Positions 58,961 through 64,000 of a stretch of 64,000 nucleotides of DNA are shown here, in pieces. The position numbers and the translations under genes were made by a program. Every line of letters starts with the position of its first letter. Within the stretch, counting starts at the first letter, position 1. Source of the stretch: Spirochaetia bacterium (GTDB lineage Bacteria > Spirochaetota > Spirochaetia > SZUA-6 > Bin103); NCBI GenBank assembly GCA_965199955.1, contig CBDATQ010000001.1:2006284-2070283 (forward strand), in the 5' to 3' direction. A model generated the notes under the pieces. The model made no database searches and was not told the DNA's origin. It saw only the letters and a list, made by a program, of their open reading frames with translations.

Positions 58961-59788
58961 ATGCCGCTCGATCTGACCGCCGACATGACCGCGCATCAGG
59001 AGCAGGGGTACCTCGTCATTCCCGAGGTGCTTGGACCCCACGACGTGGACGCCGCCCAGCAGGAGATCGAGCGCCTGCACGAGTTTGCGGCAGGCGAGGA
59101 GAGCCCGCCCGGAGAGGCGACGTTCCAGTTCGAGCCGCACACCGACGTGCGCTCCGAGCACGGCCGGCCCGTGCTGCGCAAGATCGAGCGCACCGACCTG
59201 GTCTCCGGCCTGTTCGGGGACATGGCTCGCAATCCGCGCATGGTGGCGGTCGTGTCGGAGCTCCTCGGCCCGGAGCTGCTTCTGTTCCGGTCGACGCTGA
59301 TGCTGAAGCCGGCGCGCCACGGATCGCAGCACGGACTGCACCAGGACGTAGCCTATTGGCCGCTGGAGCCGCCGGAGCTGGTGACCGTGAGCATCGCCAT
59401 CTCCGCCAGCGACGCCGAGAACGGCTGCATCCACGTGATCCCCGGCAGCCACCGCTGGCCGGTCGGCGAGTGGGGGAACATCTCCCGCCGCGACGATGCC
59501 GCGCAGACCGACCGCGAGGACGTCGACCTGTCACAGCTCCGCGACGTACCGCTGGAGGCCGGCAGCGCCGTCCTGTTCCACAGCAACATCGTGCACGGCT
59601 CCGGCCCGAACCACTCAGACCGGCCCCGGCACACGGCGCTGTATGCCTACTTCCCGCCCACGGTCCGCTACATGCCCGCCAAGCTCGACTCGCCGAGCAG
59701 GACGTACCGCGTCATCGCCGGCCTGAACGGACTGGCCAGCGTCACCCTGAGAGTGGGCGAGAGCGCGTTGAGCGCCACGCAGCGATAG
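58961..59788 (+). CDS. PhyH-family Fe(II)/2-oxoglutarate dioxygenase
   Basis: HQDVAYWPLEP and VLFHSNIVHGSGPNHSDRPR give the HxD...H triad pattern. It is the third PhyH paralog in the window. Confidence 0.7.
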   Translation: MPLDLTADMTAHQEQGYLVIPEVLGPHDVDAAQQEIERLHEFAAGEESPPGEATFQFEPHTDVRSEHGRPVLRKIERTDLVSGLFGDMARNPRMVAVVSELLGPELLLFRSTLMLKPARHGSQHGLHQDVAYWPLEPPELVTVSIAISASDAENGCIHVIPGSHRWPVGEWGNISRRDDAAQTDREDVDLSQLRDVPLEAGSAVLFHSNIVHGSGPNHSDRPRHTALYAYFPPTVRYMPAKLDSPSRTYRVIAGLNGLASVTLRVGESALSATQR

Positions 59789-59791
59789 CCT

Positions 59792-60427
59792 TCACCCGGC
59801 TGTGTGCAGCACGGCCGCGGCGTCCCGGTAGCGTTGGCGAGCAAGCTGCAGCTCCGCATCGAGGTCGCCAGTCGGCTCGCGCAGGGGCTGCAGGGCCTCG
59901 ATCGCAGCGCTGCGGAAAGTGCGTTTCACAGCGTCGTCGATCAGCAGGCAGTCCGCGCGCAGGCGTTCGGAGTCCACGACCGGTCCGTCGACGAACACCA
60001 GGTCCGAGCGATCGATCGGCGCCTCTTCCATAGAAGGCACGATGGTGATGCGGTCGGCCACGCCGACGTGCGCGAACGTCTGTTCGGCGATCCGTCGATG
60101 GAGCGCGTCGCGCTCGACGGTGAACAGACGCGAGTGGGGAAACGCCTCGGCGATCAGCACGGTCGCGTAGCCGATGCCGGTGCCAGTCTCCAGGACGACC
60201 TGGGGCGGGCTCGGCATCTGCTCGGCCAGGATCGCCCAGAGCGGGGCGCGGGATGGCGGGCTGGGGTAGGCCTCGCACTCGGGTCCGTGCTGCATCCGGT
60301 GGGCGTGGGTCCGCAGGTACAGGTCCCAGTGCAGGTCGATCTCGGCGCCGAACGCAGCCTCCACCAGCGGGTCGATCCACGGGAAGTAGGAGTCCGCGTT
60401 CCACCAGTCCGAGCGCATCGTGATCAT
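59792..60427 (-). CDS. Class-I SAM-dependent methyltransferase (O-methyltransferase-3-like)
   Basis: VVLETGTGIGYATVLIAEAF glycine-rich SAM motif and DLVFVDG. 211 aa. The upstream 326 codons of track ORF 59792..61405 are run-on through the next gene. Confidence 0.6.
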   Translation of the reverse strand: MITMRSDWWNADSYFPWIDPLVEAAFGAEIDLHWDLYLRTHAHRMQHGPECEAYPSPPSRAPLWAILAEQMPSPPQVVLETGTGIGYATVLIAEAFPHSRLFTVERDALHRRIAEQTFAHVGVADRITIVPSMEEAPIDRSDLVFVDGPVVDSERLRADCLLIDDAVKRTFRSAAIEALQPLREPTGDLDAELQLARQRYRDAAAVLHTAG

Positions 60428-62448
60428 CGGCACACCAGCATGCCGTGGCCGTCGCACAGGGTGACGCGCACCATGGCGTAGCCGTCGCGGTACTCGTGGT
60501 CCAGCCGCTCGCCGTGCGGGGCGAGCTCGACGCGCCGGGGTGGACGGTCGGTGCGGATGGAGATCGGCTGGTCCACCAGCGGCAGTGCGTCCTCGACGAT
60601 GTCCAGGTCGCCGCGCCGTTCGCGGGCGAAGCTCAGCAGGTGCACGATGGTGGTGGCCGCACCCCTTCTGGCCACGGTGGTTTCCAGCACGCTCGGCGCG
60701 TCCGGCGCGCGCAGCAGCGGGCGCGGCAGCAGCAGTGCCAGGCAGTTGCCGATCAGGCTCCGGTGCTCGGGGACGGCGTGACGGCCGTAGGCGGCGAACA
60801 ACGGCGCCGATGCGGTGAGCACCGCGCCGCCGGACTCCAGGCGGTTGAGGGCGATCGCGGAGTAGCACGAGAGCCGGCCGGGCGGAGTATAGGAGTGCCC
60901 GGAGAAGCGGTCGTGCGACCGCTCGAAGTACGGCTCCACGACGCGCGCCAGCGACCGCGCGCCGCCGCCGGGCACCATGCGGAAGCCGGGCTCGTAGAAG
61001 GCATGGTCGAACTCGGCCAGCCCGTCCGACACCGCGCGCGCCGGCCTCAGGAAGGTGGTGCGGTACGGGCTCGGCCCGCGCGTCTCGATTCCCTGCTCGG
61101 GCAGCAGCGGTGACCCGTCCGGGTCGAGCGCCGCGGCGCCGCACAGCACCAGGGCGCCGCCGCCTGCCACGTAGTCGCTCAGCGCCGCGCGGAACGCCTC
61201 GTCCACCGGCGTGTTGGACAGCACGATCACCACGGGGTAGCGCTGCAGCCGGCCCGTCGGCGGCACGACGTCGAACTGCAGCCGAAGCTGTTGCAGGACG
61301 CAGGTGGCGCCGAGCCCCGCCGGTCCCGGGCGGTCGCCCAGCTCCGGGTCGACCACCACGGCGACCTCGCTCTGGAGGCGGCCGCCCGCCGCGACTTCCT
61401 GGCACCGCTCGACGTAGCGGTACGCGTCGCCGATCAGGTCATAGACGGCGGGGGCGGGGACGCCGCGCGGGTGCAGCAGGTCGCCCACGCCCAAGGTCAT
61501 CCCCTGGCTCAGAATCTGGCAGCACTCGTACTTCAGGGCCGCGCGCGGCTTCAGGCCGGCGTTGTCGCCCCAGCTCTTGAAGAAGCGGCCGGTGTGGCTC
61601 AGGGTCGGCAGGCCCAGGGGCCGTACGAAGCGGGCCACGTACGGGAAGTAGGCGTAGCCCCAGCCACCGGTCGGCAGCGCTTCGATCTCGATGTGGCGCA
61701 GGAACCGCTTCTCGACGTGCAGGTTGGTCTTGGGCCGCGAGTTGAACCAGATGCCCAGGTGGTCAGCGCCGCCGGCGGCGGCCTCGACCATGCCGGAGAA
61801 GCGCTTCATGTAGGCCATCGCGACTTCGCGCGCGTAGCGGTCGCGGTCGGCTTCCGATCTCGGGTCCAGACGGCGCTTCGCCATGCCGGCGAGCGCCCAT
61901 TTGGAGACGCTCGGCTGGTCCCAGCACATGTCCAGAAAGATGCCGTCCACCGGGGCGTAGCGGCCCAGCACCTCCTCCATCAGCTCGGCCAGGTAGTCCT
62001 GGTAGGGGCTGGACATGTCCAGGATCTGCCAGCCGGCGTTGAGCGCGTCGGGCGGCCGCGGCAGAGTGTCCGACGGCAGGCGCTTCACCCGCCGGCCTTC
62101 CGGATCCAAGGCCACCCACTCCGGATGCTCGTCCGCCGCGTACTCGTTCACCTGTCCCGACAGGTAGATCGGCGCGCGGATGCCGCGCCGGTGCAGGGCG
62201 TCGATCTGCGCTCCGGTCAGGTCGAGGCCGTCCGGAAGGGAAGGGTGGCGGCACGGGTGCGAGGTGCGGAAGTAGGCGTGGCCGTGATGGCAGAGACCGA
62301 ACACGGTCACGCTGTCGACGCTGGCCTCCACGAAGCGATCGGCGAAGGCGTCCGCGTCGAAGTCGCGTGCCACGTCCGGGATGTGCGGACCGGTGTGAAA
62401 GTCCAGGTGGATCGTTCGGGACGGGAACTCCTGAAAGCGGGAAGGCAT
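60424..62448 (-). CDS. Putative glycosidase: TIM-barrel (GHL6/GH42-like) domain plus beta-galactosidase-trimerisation-like alpha/beta domain
   Basis: 674-aa ORF. The N-terminal RTIHLDFHTGPHIPDV...VTVFGLCHHGHAYF resembles the hypothetical glycosyl hydrolase 6 family. The C-terminal half is alpha/beta-like. Assignment is tentative. Confidence 0.45.
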   Translation of the reverse strand: MPSRFQEFPSRTIHLDFHTGPHIPDVARDFDADAFADRFVEASVDSVTVFGLCHHGHAYFRTSHPCRHPSLPDGLDLTGAQIDALHRRGIRAPIYLSGQVNEYAADEHPEWVALDPEGRRVKRLPSDTLPRPPDALNAGWQILDMSSPYQDYLAELMEEVLGRYAPVDGIFLDMCWDQPSVSKWALAGMAKRRLDPRSEADRDRYAREVAMAYMKRFSGMVEAAAGGADHLGIWFNSRPKTNLHVEKRFLRHIEIEALPTGGWGYAYFPYVARFVRPLGLPTLSHTGRFFKSWGDNAGLKPRAALKYECCQILSQGMTLGVGDLLHPRGVPAPAVYDLIGDAYRYVERCQEVAAGGRLQSEVAVVVDPELGDRPGPAGLGATCVLQQLRLQFDVVPPTGRLQRYPVVIVLSNTPVDEAFRAALSDYVAGGGALVLCGAAALDPDGSPLLPEQGIETRGPSPYRTTFLRPARAVSDGLAEFDHAFYEPGFRMVPGGGARSLARVVEPYFERSHDRFSGHSYTPPGRLSCYSAIALNRLESGGAVLTASAPLFAAYGRHAVPEHRSLIGNCLALLLPRPLLRAPDAPSVLETTVARRGAATTIVHLLSFARERRGDLDIVEDALPLVDQPISIRTDRPPRRVELAPHGERLDHEYRDGYAMVRVTLCDGHGMLVCR

Positions 62449-62459
62449 GAGCTATCTCC

Positions 62460-63653
62460 TTATGGAGTCGAGGTCAATCGCTTCTCCAGCGGCGTGCGGA
62501 AGCGGGGTGTGATCACCGTGCCGGCAAGCCACCTACGCAGGCGTTCGGCCTCTGCGGCGATCATTCCTTGTACACTTGGTAAGACCGATTCGAGCAGTTC
62601 GACGGCGATCGTGCCGTCCGCGCGCTGCGCCCAGCCGCCGACGATGCGGCCGTCGGCCCAGACGGTGGGACCGGCATTGCCGTTGCGATCGAACAGCAGC
62701 TCCTGATGGTTGCCCAGGTACCAGGAGCGCTCCTTCCAGCCCATGACCGTCGGGTCCAGGGCCGGCAACAGCGCCACCCAGCCGTCCGGCTGCGCTACGG
62801 GTTCCAGGTCCTCCGCAAGCACGTAGCCGGTGCCGGCCTCCAGCTCGACCTCGACCGCGCCGGCCGCCGCCAGCGCCTGGCGGGTCTGGCGCTGCGACCA
62901 CCCGGTCCACCATGCGAGGTCCGTCAGGGTGCCCGGTCCGAATGCGGTCAGCCAGCGGCGTACCAGCTCCGTGCAGGCCGCCTCGGGCTCCAGGGCCGGC
63001 AGGCCTCCGTCGAGCCAGTCGGCGGTTGCCGCCCACCGGTACTGGCTGGAGATCCACGTGCCGCGCGGCCGCCCGCGGACGATGCGCGCCTCCGTCGCCA
63101 GCAGGAACAGCAGCCGCGTGGACAGACCCACCGTGCCGGCCCACGTGCGGCCCTCGCCGAAACTGAGCCGTGCCGTTAGCTCGGGGACGTCGGCGGTGAG
63201 CTCCTTGGCGGTGGCCTGGCCCCGCTCGCCTAGTGCCGAGAGCGTCCGCTGCATCACCCTCGGCAACCACCGATCGGGGTGCGGGTCGATCCCCTGATCG
63301 CCGATCAGCTTGAGCAGCCGGCGCCGTTCCGCGGGCGCCAGTGCGCGCGCGCAGGCGGCGTCGATCACCGCGGCCAGGTCGCACGGCACGACGAACATGG
63401 TGCGGCGCATCCCCAGCAGACGCACCAGCGAGCGGCGGTCGTAGAGCGCCTCCTCCAGATCGGCGACCTGGAACCCTTCCACGCGGCTCCATGCGCTCAG
63501 ATACACGCTGACCGGGTCGCTGGAATGAAGTCCGACCAGATCGGCAGCCGCCGTCGGGACATCCGGCGCCGGAGCGGCCAAGCTGTGGCGTGAGGCCAAG
63601 CGGGCGCGCCGCTCGGCCACGTCGATTCGTCGCCGCGCGCCGGGTAGAGCCAT
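62460..63653 (-). CDS. Winged-helix DNA glycosylase-like protein of the AlkZ/YcaQ (DUF1006) family
   Basis: 397-aa product. The N-terminus IDVAERRARLASRHSL...VGLHSSDPVSVYLSAWSRV...MRRTMFVVPCDLAAV follows the YcaQ pattern. Confidence 0.6.
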   Translation of the reverse strand: MALPGARRRIDVAERRARLASRHSLAAPAPDVPTAAADLVGLHSSDPVSVYLSAWSRVEGFQVADLEEALYDRRSLVRLLGMRRTMFVVPCDLAAVIDAACARALAPAERRRLLKLIGDQGIDPHPDRWLPRVMQRTLSALGERGQATAKELTADVPELTARLSFGEGRTWAGTVGLSTRLLFLLATEARIVRGRPRGTWISSQYRWAATADWLDGGLPALEPEAACTELVRRWLTAFGPGTLTDLAWWTGWSQRQTRQALAAAGAVEVELEAGTGYVLAEDLEPVAQPDGWVALLPALDPTVMGWKERSWYLGNHQELLFDRNGNAGPTVWADGRIVGGWAQRADGTIAVELLESVLPSVQGMIAAEAERLRRWLAGTVITPRFRTPLEKRLTSTP

Positions 63654-63699
63654 CGCGGCGCATGGTAGCCTGGAGGACGCCGTGGCTTCGCTCGAAGTG

Positions 63700-64000
63700 A
63701 GTAATCCTGGTGCTCGGCCGGCCCGCCGCCATCCGGAACTCCTCGGTGTGCAGGTGAATGAGCCGGTAGCCGGCGGCCACGAACCGGCGTACCACGCACG
63801 CGGAGAGCGCCAAGCCCAGCCCCTGGTTGGCGTGATTCGAGTTGGCGGCGAGCCAGCCGAGTTCGCCCCAGCACGGATAGGTACCCTTGTAGTTGTGCAG
63901 CGCCATCGCCGACGCCACGACTGCCCCGTTGGCCGCGTGTACCGCCAGGTATCAGCCGCGGGGAAGAATCCAGTTCAGGGAGTAGGACAGCCGTTCGGCG
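63700..64000 (-). CDS. GNAT acetyltransferase, C-terminal part (runs off window end); its 3' end is unresolved
   Basis: Minus-strand frame reads YLAVHAANGAVVASAMALHNY...GELGWLAANSNHANQGLGLALSACVVRRFVAAGYRLIHLHTEEFRMAA. No stop occurs in this frame before it overlaps the AlkZ start. Confidence 0.35.

Noticed and set aside
62533-63918. 461-aa minus-strand ORF as one real gene
   Set aside because: Only the first approximately 90 residues are GNAT-like. The rest overlaps the AlkZ/YcaQ gene in another frame with low-complexity translation. The GNAT's true 3' end is unresolved and may be frameshifted.

Overview
This is a high-GC (about 70%) bacterial chromosomal segment, with composition and gene content resembling Actinobacteria or Chloroflexi. 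Intact metabolic operons are interleaved with many gene relics. The intact blocks, in order, are: (1) a purine salvage and catabolism supercluster spanning 10.5-27.3 kb (BMP-type nucleoside ABC transporter, OHCU decarboxylase, guanine deaminase, ABM monooxygenase, adenine deaminase, xdhC-xdhA-xdhB); (2) a Phd-like/RelE toxin-antitoxin pair; (3) a five-gene Liv-type branched-chain amino acid ABC operon; (4) an alpha-glucan locus with a 1633-aa GH13-GT5 fusion protein, glgX and glgP; (5) a low-GC two-gene cassette (LicC-like nucleotidyltransferase plus MetE-C-like protein); (6) a transglutaminase-like gene with a VapBC pair; (7) an FG-GAP protein with amidohydrolase, SDR and 3-hydroxyacyl-CoA dehydrogenase genes; (8) a nucleoside hydrolase; (9) a minus-strand Gfo/Idh/MocA, FAD-disulfide reductase and PhyH dioxygenase operon (three PhyH paralogs occur in the window); (10) MBL, VOC and methyltransferase genes, a putative glycosidase and an AlkZ/YcaQ glycosylase. 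The degraded or fragmentary genes include a low-GC Firmicutes-like sugar ABC/GH4 operon, PiT, sulfatase, SPFH, an AAA_35-like ATPase, a circularly permuted ATP-grasp, adenosine deaminase, a chimeric dehydrogenase/beta-lactamase ORF and several others. Many of these carry single-nucleotide frameshifts. I recognised no rRNA, tRNA, CRISPR array, transposase or integrase. The most novel element is the soluble GH13-GT5 fusion gene. It is followed by an unusual perfect 48-bp palindrome.
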